From positions 4,244 through 68,243 of the forward strand of contig CAYGTP010000002.1 of the NCBI GenBank assembly GCA_964352875.1: a stretch of DNA of 64,000 nt. Reading direction: 5' to 3'. Origin of the DNA: an uncultured Candidatus Saccharibacteria bacterium. Lineage in GTDB: Bacteria; Patescibacteriota; Minisyncoccia; Phycocordibacterales; UBA918. This document shows, piece by piece, positions 9,901 to 18,074 of this stretch (its first letter is position 1; each line of letters starts with the position of its first letter). The notes beneath the pieces are model-generated. The model was given only the letters and a program-made list of their open reading frames with translations, made no database searches and was not told the DNA's origin. The position numbers were made by a program, and so were the translations under genes.

Positions 9901-10109
9901 CTGGCGACGATATCTTATCGGGGGCATCCACTCGATTCTCAGCCAATGACAGTTTTGCCGCCTTAACTACGGTGCCGGCCGAAGTACTGTATAACCCCAC
10001 TCCAATTGATGAGTACCATGATGTACTATACAAGATTGAAGTACGTGAAGGACTACCAGCCGGTGACTATGAAACTGACATCGTCTATCTCGCCGTTCCA
10101 GTATTTTAA
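3933..10109 (+). CDS. giant secreted repeat protein (2058 aa) with a possible N-terminal BNR/Asp-box-like region and four copies of a Cys/Trp-marked module
   Basis: Signal/anchor LLCLLLFSDVVPLLLYG; Asp-box-like TTNGGASWG; internal 350-aa tandem repeat plus two further degenerate C-terminal sub-module copies sharing R.R.........Y.GV....C.....W.DV ..... YCFR....G..L..Y..YPE. Confidence 0.7.
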   Translation: MSTWFKHNRLFNCGQKLITGFLLCLLLFSDVVPLLLYGPLSYNKIEAAEAQIDDLASGAQAEHIQAGANTVFIDDQTGYKFYVESNGRCFYKKTTNGGASWGSQTQFDDDPNCTSPVVWYDRWTPGDTGNYIHITTLAIGTGAENINYNRLDTADNDALLMGSSPVNISSTTITTLSLGAGNKQAMTKGTDGTIYAAINDNGGSPVVECSADCQLEGSWSATGVSPMDLSNDFLLLQPMLGDNIMLIVRDVSAEDIEYQIWNNAIWGGAWNTIDANAFDNTTYDVGMSAVTHPETGDIYLAYVTDHQTLGTDDDIRTAKYTESSGLWTNTADVVTDDSKGLLSVALALDANTSDVYVAYAARTTPGTANSANVYWASSTAAMSSWSGEQGPVNSGSDNNYGLSLNHYSDERIHASWYDDASRDVLSDTIADITPVTVVTATGTQRATVRASTSATYIGGAFVIKENVTTRNVTSITITEQGTIDGATAIGNIALFYDISTTSPYNCSEDSYQGNEPQFDVTDTNGFSGANGIASFSDLVAISPTDTLCVYPVVEVLKSANDGDTIDITITNPATDVLVGGSVTAVPSSVISITGSTTVRDDVLTQTHYHWRQDTGSEALSPSATGGIEDTPISALQTEVPRRLRIGLSNDGSTTTFPTTFRLEYGVAAPTCNDVGTWIDVAEADDDWNMFDSSNLTNGADTTDVAVGLGGVSPENNFFLTPNGGVRDTESETGSMQVDFDEYTALEYSIVASTTATEGNTYCFRVSDQGQPIEQYDVLPQVTISADVRVRATGTQAVSADIPTDNLYIGGAFTITENVSSRDVTSVTLTEVGTVDGAAGVTDIRLYYDLDTTFPYNCASESFTGNELQYGATSTAFSSANGSTTFTATVGISTTSTLCLYPVLDITPDATDGETVDVILSSGSGDVVVSGGGSVAPTTPIDITGSTTLNGAIVTQTHYHWRNDSGSETGASSATGGIEDTPLTDFDLGAEIRLRVGVSNEGATTSIPKRYGLEYGIKLDECSDVTVWIDVADTADAWDMFDSSNLTNGETTTDISTTTGGVSDENAVFLGSNGGVVDTESFTATTTLRNNEYTDFEYSITSTADTLYDSTYCFRVTQNGVSLLAYNTYPEITMTPKRDFRIQRGQVVLTGTSTTLLAGVDYVAPSASTSAFVRITNAHHTGAGRNDLGGNQNARDYSSYIENPENLETSITFTRSQVNPIQNTFISWELVEFVGDPGTDNEMIVRDHGTINYSASELVATGTALGTVDTDGDVVVFITAQSHPGNTRAEGYAHQSTSEWNSATGEPVFRRSATGGNEGFVSYAVVEFTGINWKVQRVEHDYAGTTPGEPDLVPITPVNSLNRTFLHTQKRVDGNGLMTDFGHLVWVSSMGALSFQLEASAATTTVNHVSVAWVIENTQTSDGAMTVQREGSTFTGGADVQTRAIGILTELEATNNASIFAVTSHSQTVNNMPRGLASFYIASTTAYEIYRAESAGILSYWTEVVSWPVANISVRQNYYNFYVEDGQLDPQDQWPVGPSSVGENAPITALDEPLGEGERIRIRMSTRIGNANLPAGLLSVKLQYGVRTATCSAVGDWFDVGQFASSTIWRGYDVAALTDGVALSTEPPGIGDLNLSVSDVSGSYIEANPSVANPFDVQDGEDVEFDWVIEHNGANSSTFYCFRMVNSDGTPLDGYFNYPELRTAGFTPVGGDWRWYDDAENITPSLALAAENVAPTDIANSNTIVLRTVVDELKVVQGNNVKFKLQFSQSPNFLTASDVVASSTCQADSLWCYADGGANDNTVLASSTLGQADSCFGGVGNGCGSYNESGTLVAGLTHAAGAAAEYAFVLQHAGARANGVYYFRLYDVTNDAPLIASSTYPSLVTEGAQLVFGVAGLPSATTTEGVVTDVASTPDAINFGTLGLNMAIEAAHRLSVDTNATEGYQVFVFATQDLINSYGTAIDPIISTNEVPAGWSSACPVEATGCFGYHAGDDILSGASTRFSANDSFAALTTVPAEVLYNPTPIDEYHDVLYKIEVREGLPAGDYETDIVYLAVPVF
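5235..6287 (+). repeat. intragenic repeat unit 1 (about 351 aa) of giant protein
   Basis: VTVVTATGTQRATVRAS...YCFRVSDQGQPIEQYDVLPQVTISA aligns colinearly with unit 2 at roughly 50% identity (TQTHYHWR, ATGGIEDTP, WIDVA, MFDSSNLTNG conserved). Confidence 0.8.
6288..7330 (+). repeat. intragenic repeat unit 2 (about 348 aa) of giant protein
   Basis: DVRVRATGTQAVSAD...YCFRVTQNGVSLLAYNTYPEITMT; tandem with unit 1. Confidence 0.8.
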
Positions 10110-10124
10110 GCTACTATACACACT

Positions 10125-11132
10125 ATGCGTTTATTTCTCATTACATTACTCATCCTTGCAAGCATCACGCCAGGGGTGATTAGTGCGTACTCAGTGAGCC
10201 CGCTACTCATTGATCGCGAGACGGAAGGTCGCGATATTATTAAGCAAACTATCACGCTGTCAAATCCGTCTAATAGCCCAGCTAGAATTTATGCCTCAGT
10301 CCATGAAGTGGCACTTGATGAAGGAGGCACTATTAAAGAATTTATTCCGCCTTCAGAGGTAGACAATAAAACTGCTATTACCAGTTGGATAGAAATTACT
10401 CGTGGTCGGATAGTTCTCGAGCCAGGTGAAGTGAGGGAAATCCCCGTGACTATCCGCATGAATCCTAATGCAGCACCAGGGCAGTATCACGGGTTGATTG
10501 GGTTTGGAACTGGTTCTAACCGCACAGATGCGGAAGCTCGGGTACTAGCCGGCACAGCACCAGCGACTATTGTCAGGCTGTCGCTTAACGAAAAGCGAAC
10601 AGAATTTCTCAGGCTTAAAAATTTTATTATTAATAGATTTGTCACAGATGATACTGACGGTGCTATCTCGTACGAAATTGAAAACCCAGGTGAATCCCCA
10701 GTCACGCCAACTGGCGAAATAATTTTTTATGACAATCGTGGCAACGAAGTCGGTGCTACCGCAGTAAATCCTGAAGGGGTAGTCGTGGAGGCAGGGAAGT
10801 CTGCCGCCTTTACTAGCTCGGTTCCAGATAATCAGTCGCTCGGTCGTTACAAAGCTTTTTTGTCAGTTGAGTACGGTAAAAAACAACTCGCTTCAGTGCA
10901 TGACACAGCTTTCTTTTATATGATTCCATTTAAACAGCTTATAATGCTATTTGGACTATTTCTGCTGCTCGCTGTATTGTTAACGTGGTGGCTCCACCGC
11001 CGGATGTACCGCGCTCATGGAATAGCACATCCTGATCACGAAGTAGTGCCAATGTACATTCGGAGCGGTTCAGATGCCCCTAAATTTGATCATGATATCG
11101 ACCTTAAGAAAAAACCTGAAGAAAACAACTAG
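10125..11132 (+). CDS. DUF916/DUF3324-like (CscA-type) cell-surface protein with C-terminal TM anchor and basic tail
   Basis: Signal peptide; post-signal YSVSPLLIDRETEGRDIIKQTITLSNPSN pattern recalled from Gram-positive DUF916 proteins; C-terminal TM LIMLFGLFLLLAVLLTWWLHRRMYR. Confidence 0.5.
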   Translation: MRLFLITLLILASITPGVISAYSVSPLLIDRETEGRDIIKQTITLSNPSNSPARIYASVHEVALDEGGTIKEFIPPSEVDNKTAITSWIEITRGRIVLEPGEVREIPVTIRMNPNAAPGQYHGLIGFGTGSNRTDAEARVLAGTAPATIVRLSLNEKRTEFLRLKNFIINRFVTDDTDGAISYEIENPGESPVTPTGEIIFYDNRGNEVGATAVNPEGVVVEAGKSAAFTSSVPDNQSLGRYKAFLSVEYGKKQLASVHDTAFFYMIPFKQLIMLFGLFLLLAVLLTWWLHRRMYRAHGIAHPDHEVVPMYIRSGSDAPKFDHDIDLKKKPEENN

Positions 11133-12738
11133 TACTCTCTTGCTTGGAGGTCTATTGTTTGTCCTGTTACCGAGCCAAACTGTTCTAGCGCAGGAAACGT
11201 TGACACTCAGCGTGACACCGACGCTATTTGAGATGTCAGCTGAACCAGGGCAAGTATGGAATAGTAGCATTAAGGTAGCTAACCCAAATCAGTATAAGTT
11301 AACGGTCTATCCTTCGGTAGTAAATTTTGCGCCGCAGGGTGAGCGGGGAATGGGTAAATTTTTACCAGTATTTGACACTGGAACATCAGGCGCCACCCTC
11401 GCTGAGTGGATTACCGTTTCGCCCGACCCTGTAGTGATAGAGCGTGAAAAAAGTGCAGTCATTCCTATTTCAGTAGTTGTTCCACCCGACGCTGCGCCAG
11501 GAGGACATTTTGCCGCTATTTTAGTTGGTACCAAACCGCCAGAGGCAACTGGTGAATTAGCTGTTCGAACCAGCCAGATGGTCACGTCGTTATTTTTTGT
11601 ACGAATTGCCGGAGATGTGATAGAGGAGGGTACAATTCGTAGCTTTAGAGCAGCTAATTCTTTTGTGGATGCCCCGCAAGCCGATTTTGAGTTACGTTTT
11701 GAAAATAAAGGTAATGTACATCTGCAGCCCCAAGGAACAATTATTATTACCAATATGTGGGGCGAAGAGCGCGGACGGATTCCGATTAATCACGATACGC
11801 ACTTTGGTAACGTACTGCCAGATAGTGTTCGTAATTTTGAATTTAGTTGGTCAAGTGCTGCGGGTTTTTCTGAAATTGGCCGATACAAAGCAGTCGCAAC
11901 GTTGGCTTATGGTCGCGATGCCCGGAATTTTCAAACGAGAGAGATTGCGTTTTGGGTAGTTCCCGTTAAAGAAGTGTTGCTCACCATTGCACTATTGGTT
12001 GCTATTGCTTGGTTTGTGAGCTGGGTAGTAAAAGCGTATATTCGTCGCATGTTGATTCTCTCTGGTATCAACCCGGATGACGCTAAGCGCCGCGCTCGGG
12101 TACAGCGAGATGTGGCTGGGGCGCACACGGTTGAACTTCGCAACTATCGCACTATCAGTGCGCCGGTTCGCTCGGGTTGGTTAGACTTACGTCAGCAGTT
12201 GGAAACAGTTAAAGCAGTGAGTGGTTATATGCGAGTGCTCGGACAGTTTGCTTGGCAGTATCGATTATTCTTCATAGGAATAATTGGATTTATGGTAATT
12301 GGAGTGATTGCCTGGTGGTATGCGATTGGGGCCACTGCTTCACGTGATTATCAGGTTACTATTGGCACAGAAGAAACGGCTGTTACATTGACCGCAGAAG
12401 AAATTTACTATAACCAACTCAGGCAAGTAGAGCGCAGTCCATTGGTAGTTACGCAATCCACTTCTACTCCAATTTCAGTCGTGAATGTCAGTGGTGAAAA
12501 CGGTACCGCGGCCCAAGTGCGGTTAATACTAGAAAAAGCTGGATACGTTGTAACGGACATGGGTAGCGATAGTGAGCGAAATGATCGACGTACTGTGGTG
12601 GTCTATAGTGTCGATGTTCAACAGCAGGCAGCTGCTATTAGTCGCGAACTGGATGGGGCTTTGCTCTCAGCTAGTACCGGCAGTAGTACCAACGAAATCA
12701 TTATTTATGCTGGCCAAGACAGCATTGTGTCCGAATAG
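11074..12738 (+). CDS. DUF916-like extracellular domain fused via TM segments to a C-terminal LytR_C-like domain
   Basis: Signal peptide; LTLSVTPTLFEMSAEPGQVWNSSIKVANPN (same pattern as upstream gene); TM LLTIALLVAIAWFVSWVV and LFFIGIIGFMVIGVIAWWYAIG; C-terminal ISVVNVSGENGTAAQVRLILEKAGYVV...TVVVYSVDVQQQAAAISREL matches the LytR_C consensus; overlaps the upstream gene in a different frame. Confidence 0.55.
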   Translation: MPLNLIMISTLRKNLKKTTSTLLLGGLLFVLLPSQTVLAQETLTLSVTPTLFEMSAEPGQVWNSSIKVANPNQYKLTVYPSVVNFAPQGERGMGKFLPVFDTGTSGATLAEWITVSPDPVVIEREKSAVIPISVVVPPDAAPGGHFAAILVGTKPPEATGELAVRTSQMVTSLFFVRIAGDVIEEGTIRSFRAANSFVDAPQADFELRFENKGNVHLQPQGTIIITNMWGEERGRIPINHDTHFGNVLPDSVRNFEFSWSSAAGFSEIGRYKAVATLAYGRDARNFQTREIAFWVVPVKEVLLTIALLVAIAWFVSWVVKAYIRRMLILSGINPDDAKRRARVQRDVAGAHTVELRNYRTISAPVRSGWLDLRQQLETVKAVSGYMRVLGQFAWQYRLFFIGIIGFMVIGVIAWWYAIGATASRDYQVTIGTEETAVTLTAEEIYYNQLRQVERSPLVVTQSTSTPISVVNVSGENGTAAQVRLILEKAGYVVTDMGSDSERNDRRTVVVYSVDVQQQAAAISRELDGALLSASTGSSTNEIIIYAGQDSIVSE

Positions 12739-12753
12739 TGATATAATTAAGGA

Positions 12754-13242
12754 ATGAGTAAAAGAGGAATCATTCTATCAATAGTACTATTTTTATTACT
12801 AGTGGTTGGTATGTTTAGCTACACTTTCCTTAAAAGTACCGAACTTGAACAGATGAATGATGTGTCAAATGATACGGTAGTTACTGATGATGCTAATCAA
12901 CGAGGGTATATGCCTGACGATATCACTGCCAAACATTTCTTTATCGACGGTGTGCATACCCTGGTTGGAGACATTCCACTTTCTACTCCGTGCGATTTGT
13001 TAGAATGGAATGCCTTTGTGGCTGAATCGTATCCAGAACAAGTACGGATTGATTACTCTACCTTAAATACATCTGAAGATTGTATCCAAGTAATTACGTC
13101 ACAACGATTTAAAGTCACTTTTACTGCTAGTGCAGACGCTGATATATCAGCTCGGTTTAATACAAACAATATTCCACTTAACCTGATTCCGGCGGCACCA
13201 GGAGAAACACCTGATAATTTTGATGTGTTTATTAAAGGGTAG
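12754..13242 (+). CDS. hypothetical membrane-anchored protein
   Basis: 162-aa ORF, N-terminal TM ILSIVLFLLLVVGMFSYTFL. Confidence 0.45.
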   Translation: MSKRGIILSIVLFLLLVVGMFSYTFLKSTELEQMNDVSNDTVVTDDANQRGYMPDDITAKHFFIDGVHTLVGDIPLSTPCDLLEWNAFVAESYPEQVRIDYSTLNTSEDCIQVITSQRFKVTFTASADADISARFNTNNIPLNLIPAAPGETPDNFDVFIKG

Positions 13243-13283
13243 TGAAAGATATTGCCTAAGGTAACGTACCAACATAGAACTGT

Positions 13284-14402
13284 ATGAAATATCTATTTTC
13301 TATTCTATTAGTGGCCGGCGTAACTTACTTTACATTTCATTACTTTTTTGGTTCAAATACTGAACCTGAAATGACTACCGCTGCAGTCAATACTGCGGAT
13401 GATATCGCAGTGGAATCTACAGAAAATAAACAAACCATTGTGCCAGCCACGGTGGTGAGGACCAGACCACTTGATACTTACGAAGCTGAAACAAAGCCAT
13501 CTCCCAGAACCCTGTACCAGTCTGATGAAGTAGAACTTCCGCTAGCTGGAAGTGCCCCAACGACAAATGTGACCCATTCAATTTCGATTGAAGAAATTCG
13601 ACAAGGTTGCTTTATTCAAGATTGTATACAGTCGGTAGACAATCCAGAATTTATTAGCGTGACCGAGGCCGAAGCGTTATTGCCGCCAGATAGTATTGGT
13701 ATCGCACTAACGTATAAAGATGAAGTGCGATTTTATCCATTTCCTATGCTCGAAACGCACGAGTTGGTCAATGATGTGGTAGCGGGGGACCCGTTACTTG
13801 TTTCGTATTGTCCGCTGTGTGGTACGGGAATTGTATTTGATCGTCGTTTAGATGGAGCAGCAGTTGAGTTTGGAGTATCTGGAATGTTGTGGCAATCAAA
13901 TTTATTGATGTATAACCGCGCTGAAGCGATAGAAGACCGCAATCTGTGGTCTCAAGTATTGGGAGAGGCAGTAGTCGGCAATCGAGCTGGTCAAGCATTA
14001 CAAATTGTCCCTAGTGACATCGTCCGGTTCAGTGACTGGAAAGTGTTACATCCAGAGGGACTCGTACTAACAACGGGTAGCCCACGTGATCCTTATGGGG
14101 GCAACTATTATGCGGTGGCCAGCAATTTTGCCCCTAATTTCAGTGCTGCTGATTCTCCACTTGACCCTTCGACCTATGTCTACGGCATTACGCTTGAGGG
14201 TGTGAGTAAGGCATATCCACGAGATATGGTACCGCCCGGGATAACTACTGATGTGGTAAATGGTCAAACTGTTATACTCGAACGACAAGGAGATACTGTC
14301 TCATTTACCACTGAGACCGGAACGTTGATACCAGACAAAGAAGGCTTTTGGTTTTCTTGGGTCTCTGCCTATCCAGAGACTGAATTGTGGAATAATACGT
14401 AA
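13284..14402 (+). CDS. DUF3179 family protein (membrane-anchored)
   Basis: N-terminal TM; conserved YCPLCGTG and WSQ..GEAVVG motifs typical of DUF3179. Confidence 0.55.
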   Translation: MKYLFSILLVAGVTYFTFHYFFGSNTEPEMTTAAVNTADDIAVESTENKQTIVPATVVRTRPLDTYEAETKPSPRTLYQSDEVELPLAGSAPTTNVTHSISIEEIRQGCFIQDCIQSVDNPEFISVTEAEALLPPDSIGIALTYKDEVRFYPFPMLETHELVNDVVAGDPLLVSYCPLCGTGIVFDRRLDGAAVEFGVSGMLWQSNLLMYNRAEAIEDRNLWSQVLGEAVVGNRAGQALQIVPSDIVRFSDWKVLHPEGLVLTTGSPRDPYGGNYYAVASNFAPNFSAADSPLDPSTYVYGITLEGVSKAYPRDMVPPGITTDVVNGQTVILERQGDTVSFTTETGTLIPDKEGFWFSWVSAYPETELWNNT

Positions 14403-14404
14403 CT

Positions 14405-15073
14405 ATGAATACCATCAAAGAATTAGCCACACCATTTGCCATTGTAATTGGGTTCGGTATGGTCGCTGCTGCTCTCTATGTTACTGGTGGTGCAACTGGG
14501 GCATCGGCAAAACAAAGCGATCAAGCTCTGGCACCACAGACCGGTCAATCAGTCGAACGAATCGCTGAGGCTAGAATATACGGAGACATTAATGCGCCGG
14601 TGACGATTGTTGAATTCTCAGATGTTGAATGTCCGTTTTGTGGTCGCCTGCATCCCACGCTAAAGCGCTTGGTTGATGAATCTGCCGGAGAAATTAATTG
14701 GGAGTACCGACATTTACCACTACCGAGTCATCGTAACGCAGTGGCGGGAGCTGTGGCTAGTGAATGTGTTGCAACACTCGCGGGGGATAAATCATTTTGG
14801 GATTATCTAGATATTCTTTTTGCCAATCAAGGTGGTCACTCACAAGCATTTTATACTGATGCAGCCGTCAGTTTAGGAATCGAAGCGGAGGACTTCAATG
14901 TCTGTATGTCGAGCGAAGCCCCACTTGCCTTAGTGCAGCAAGATGCTGAGACCGCCCAAGCACTCGGAGGGCAGGGGACGCCCTTCAGTGTCATCGTGTT
15001 TGCCGATGGATCGACTCGCCCCGTGTCGGGCGCGTTGCCGTATGAGCAATGGAAAAGCTTGTTGACCCTATAA
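14405..15073 (+). CDS. DsbA-like thioredoxin-fold thiol:disulfide oxidoreductase (CPFC active site)
   Basis: N-terminal TM anchor, VEFSDVECPFCGRLHP motif. Confidence 0.7.
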   Translation: MNTIKELATPFAIVIGFGMVAAALYVTGGATGASAKQSDQALAPQTGQSVERIAEARIYGDINAPVTIVEFSDVECPFCGRLHPTLKRLVDESAGEINWEYRHLPLPSHRNAVAGAVASECVATLAGDKSFWDYLDILFANQGGHSQAFYTDAAVSLGIEAEDFNVCMSSEAPLALVQQDAETAQALGGQGTPFSVIVFADGSTRPVSGALPYEQWKSLLTL

Positions 15074-15078
15074 ACAAT

Positions 15079-15639
15079 ATGGATCGCAGTAGCCTTATTA
15101 CGTTGGGAGTTATCACAACAGTCATACTAGTGGTTGGATTGTATGTATGGTATGCAGTCAATCAATCACACATTGCCAACCAGATACCCAGTGATGCTGT
15201 TGTTGCCTTGACTACGACTGACGATACGTACACAGATTTGGATGGTAATCCGGTCAGTTTAGAGCAATATCTCGGAGCCCCTCTCGTTGTTAATTCGTGG
15301 GCCAGTTGGTGTCCGTTTTGTGTCACTGAATTGCCGGACTTAAATACCCTCGCTGAAGAATTTGCTGACCAAAATGTTACCGTTCTGGCAATCAACCGAA
15401 AAGAAAGTAAGGTCCAAGCCCAACGGTATCTGAGTACTGTGCCTGACTTAAATAATCTAGTGATTGTACTTGATACCAAAGATACCTTTTACAAATCTAT
15501 TGGTGGTTTTACTATGCCAGAGACTATTTTTTATGACGCAGCTGGTAACGTGATAGTGCATAAACGTGGCTTCATGAAATTGCCAGAAATGCGACAGCAC
15601 CTTGACTCAGCAATTACTGCAACAAATGACGATCAATAG
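15079..15639 (+). CDS. TlpA/ResA-like thiol-disulfide oxidoreductase (WCPFC)
   Basis: TM anchor then redoxin fold with SWASWCPFC; ORF track starts at 15049 but ATG at 15079 avoids overlap with the previous gene. Confidence 0.7.
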   Translation: MDRSSLITLGVITTVILVVGLYVWYAVNQSHIANQIPSDAVVALTTTDDTYTDLDGNPVSLEQYLGAPLVVNSWASWCPFCVTELPDLNTLAEEFADQNVTVLAINRKESKVQAQRYLSTVPDLNNLVIVLDTKDTFYKSIGGFTMPETIFYDAAGNVIVHKRGFMKLPEMRQHLDSAITATNDDQ

Positions 15640-15651
15640 CGTATCACTAGT

Positions 15652-16416
15652 ATGGTTGAGTTAGACATTGCCTTCGCTACCGCTGCATTTGTGGCCGGAG
15701 TGCTGATGTTTTTAGCTCCTTGTACACTGCCTCTCGTACCAGCCTACTTAGCGTTTATTAGTGGGCTTACGCCAAACGATCTGAGAGACCCGGCTACAGC
15801 TACAGCAGCTAGGCGATCAATTTTGATCAATGGTCTACTATTTTGCATTGGTTTTTCAGTAATTTTTATCGTATTCGGCTTGCTCGCTGGGATGTTTGGA
15901 GCATATGTCGGTCAGTTTCGAGCAATATTGTCACAAGTCGGCGGTGCATTTATTATTGTCTTTGGCTTGATGATGCTAAATATTGTGCGCTTCACGCCAT
16001 TGCTACGAGAGCGACGCCTTAGAGTTCCCAGAATTTTTACTCCAGGCAATCCTTTGAGTGCGTTTGTGATCGGGTCGACTTTTGCTCTAGGATGGACACC
16101 GTGCGTCGGACCGGTACTTGCGTCAGTGTTGCTCCTAGCGTCAACATCAGCCACAATCTGGTCTGGAGGACTCTTGCTAACAATCTTTTCGCTTGGATTA
16201 TCAGTGCCGTTTATCGTGACTGCAGTACTCTATGCACGAGCCACAAAAGTAATTAACAGCGTAACGCGTATTAGTAAATGGATATCTTGGATTGGGGGTC
16301 TGTTTTTAATTCTAATTGGTTTGTTATTACTGACTGAAAATTTTGGCCTTATGCTTGAATATGGCTACCGGATCTTTTACTTTATCGGTTTTGAAGCATT
16401 ATTTAATTATCTCTAA
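15652..16416 (+). CDS. ccdA: cytochrome c-type biogenesis / disulfide-transfer membrane protein CcdA (DsbD core)
   Basis: Six-TM protein with LAPCTLPLVP and GWTPCVGP motifs. Confidence 0.75.
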   Translation: MVELDIAFATAAFVAGVLMFLAPCTLPLVPAYLAFISGLTPNDLRDPATATAARRSILINGLLFCIGFSVIFIVFGLLAGMFGAYVGQFRAILSQVGGAFIIVFGLMMLNIVRFTPLLRERRLRVPRIFTPGNPLSAFVIGSTFALGWTPCVGPVLASVLLLASTSATIWSGGLLLTIFSLGLSVPFIVTAVLYARATKVINSVTRISKWISWIGGLFLILIGLLLLTENFGLMLEYGYRIFYFIGFEALFNYL

Positions 16417-16420
16417 TATT

Positions 16421-17659
16421 ATGAACCCGTTTGAACAAATATTGTCATACATCACTAAAGCCGCTGATGCTCACACCCTTACTGAGGCAGAAAAAAAATG
16501 TTTGTTTACGCCGTACCAGGTGCATGACACGAGTATTACTGTCGATCTTGAATCAGGACTACAATCATTACCTGCCTACCGTGTGCAATTCAATAACGCC
16601 CGTGGCCCATACAAAGGTGGCATTCGATTTCATCCCGACGCTGATATCGAAGAAGTAAAAGCCCTAGCAGCGGCCATGGCAATCAAATGCGCGGTAGTAA
16701 ATATCCCACTTGGCGGCGCCAAAGGTGGGGTAGTGGTTGATCCAAAGTTACTTTCTCCAGCTGATTTAGAAAAGGTGGCCCGTGCGTATATTGGTGTGAT
16801 GCATACGCATATTGGCGTTGACCAAGACATTCCAGCCCCGGATGTGTATACAAATCCACAAATTATGGCTTGGATGCTTGATGAATACGAAAAGATTACC
16901 GGTCGCAGTGAACCAGGTATGATTACCGGTAAACCACTAGAGCTTGGCGGGAGCGCCGGACGAGGGACAGCTACCGCGCAAGGTGGGGTGTATATTCTGG
17001 AAAAAGCAGTCGAGGATAAAAAATTAAAACGGAGCAATCTCAAAGTTGCGATTCAAGGTTTCGGTAACGCTGGAGCTGTCGTGGCGCAACTGTTGCATGG
17101 GCTAGGTTATACCATCACGGCAGTTTCAGACAGTCGGGGTACCGTCATTGGTGATCGTGGCTTAAATCCGCATGAAGTTGAGCGAATTAAAACTGAGCAA
17201 GGTAGTGTCACCGCTTGTTCTGGAGAATATATTACCGTCTCCAGTGATCCTAACGACGTACTCTATGCTGACGTTGATATACTCATTCCGGCAGCGCTTG
17301 ATAATGCCATTTCTGAGGCAAATGTAGATCAGGTGAAAGCTCGTATTATTTTAGAATTAGCCAATAATCCGATTACTCCACAAGCTGACAAAATACTGTT
17401 TGAGCGTGGCGTTACAGTACTGCCGGATGTGCTTGCTAATGCCGGTGGGGTAACGGTATCGTATTTAGAATGGGTACAGAATCGCCAGCAGTACTACTGG
17501 ACTGAAGAAGATGTACTCAAAGAACTGAAAAAAATTATGGCGAAGTCATACCACACCTTACGTCGACGGGTGAGTAGCACCGTGTCATTTAGGGATGCTG
17601 CGTACGAGATTGCAGTAGAACGGATTATTGTAGCCATGCGCCTGCGCGGGCACGTGTAA
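16421..17659 (+). CDS. gdh: NAD(P)-specific glutamate dehydrogenase
   Basis: GPYKGGIRFHP, GGAKGG, GFGNAGA Rossmann motifs; start chosen at MNPFEQ after the ccdA stop. Confidence 0.85.
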   Translation: MNPFEQILSYITKAADAHTLTEAEKKCLFTPYQVHDTSITVDLESGLQSLPAYRVQFNNARGPYKGGIRFHPDADIEEVKALAAAMAIKCAVVNIPLGGAKGGVVVDPKLLSPADLEKVARAYIGVMHTHIGVDQDIPAPDVYTNPQIMAWMLDEYEKITGRSEPGMITGKPLELGGSAGRGTATAQGGVYILEKAVEDKKLKRSNLKVAIQGFGNAGAVVAQLLHGLGYTITAVSDSRGTVIGDRGLNPHEVERIKTEQGSVTACSGEYITVSSDPNDVLYADVDILIPAALDNAISEANVDQVKARIILELANNPITPQADKILFERGVTVLPDVLANAGGVTVSYLEWVQNRQQYYWTEEDVLKELKKIMAKSYHTLRRRVSSTVSFRDAAYEIAVERIIVAMRLRGHV

Positions 17660-17676
17660 TAATTTTAAAAACTGGT

Positions 17677-17711
17677 AAAGAGCCACTTTGACTCCGTCAA
17701 AGTGGCTCTTT
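17677..17711 (+). terminator. rho-independent terminator after gdh
   Basis: AAAGAGCCACTTTGAC-TCCG-GTCAAAGTGGCTCTTT hairpin followed by T. Confidence 0.7.
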
Positions 17712-17839
17712 ACATATAGCAGATATGCTATATAGTAAAAGTAGAAGAGTTCTTTGCGGAACTCTGTTTTGTTTTTCGGCTCTGTGAATTAGTCACAGGT
17801 TATCACTAGTCATGATAACCGAGTCGCAAAAAACAAAAT

Positions 17840-18007
17840 ATGGGAATCTTTCGCGCTCTAGGGTTTATAATTGTTCTTTACGCGTTAAGTAACATTTTTA
17901 ATTCTGCATTTATAGCGTTTGAAGGAGCTGCTACACAGACCTTCAAAACCTTCGAGGCAGCAGCGATCCAGTCGCAGCGCCAGTTTGAACAAATGCAAAC
18001 TGATTAA
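17840..18007 (+). CDS. small ORF (55 aa, hydrophobic N-terminus) with its own downstream hairpin (18024-18046)
   Basis: ATG-initiated frame MGIFRALGFIIVLYALS...; AAGCCAGAC-GGAT-GTCTGGCTT hairpin follows. Confidence 0.2.
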   Translation: MGIFRALGFIIVLYALSNIFNSAFIAFEGAATQTFKTFEAAAIQSQRQFEQMQTD

Positions 18008-18074
18008 AAAGTTATTCGCCTAAAGCCAGACGGATGTCTGGCTTTACTGCTGCTGACTTGCTACAATTCAAATA

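Noticed and set aside
17798-17820. TTATCAC arms resembling DnaA boxes
   Set aside because: Only one inverted pair, 7/9 match to consensus, no AT-rich DUE, not next to dnaA or dnaN; not an origin.
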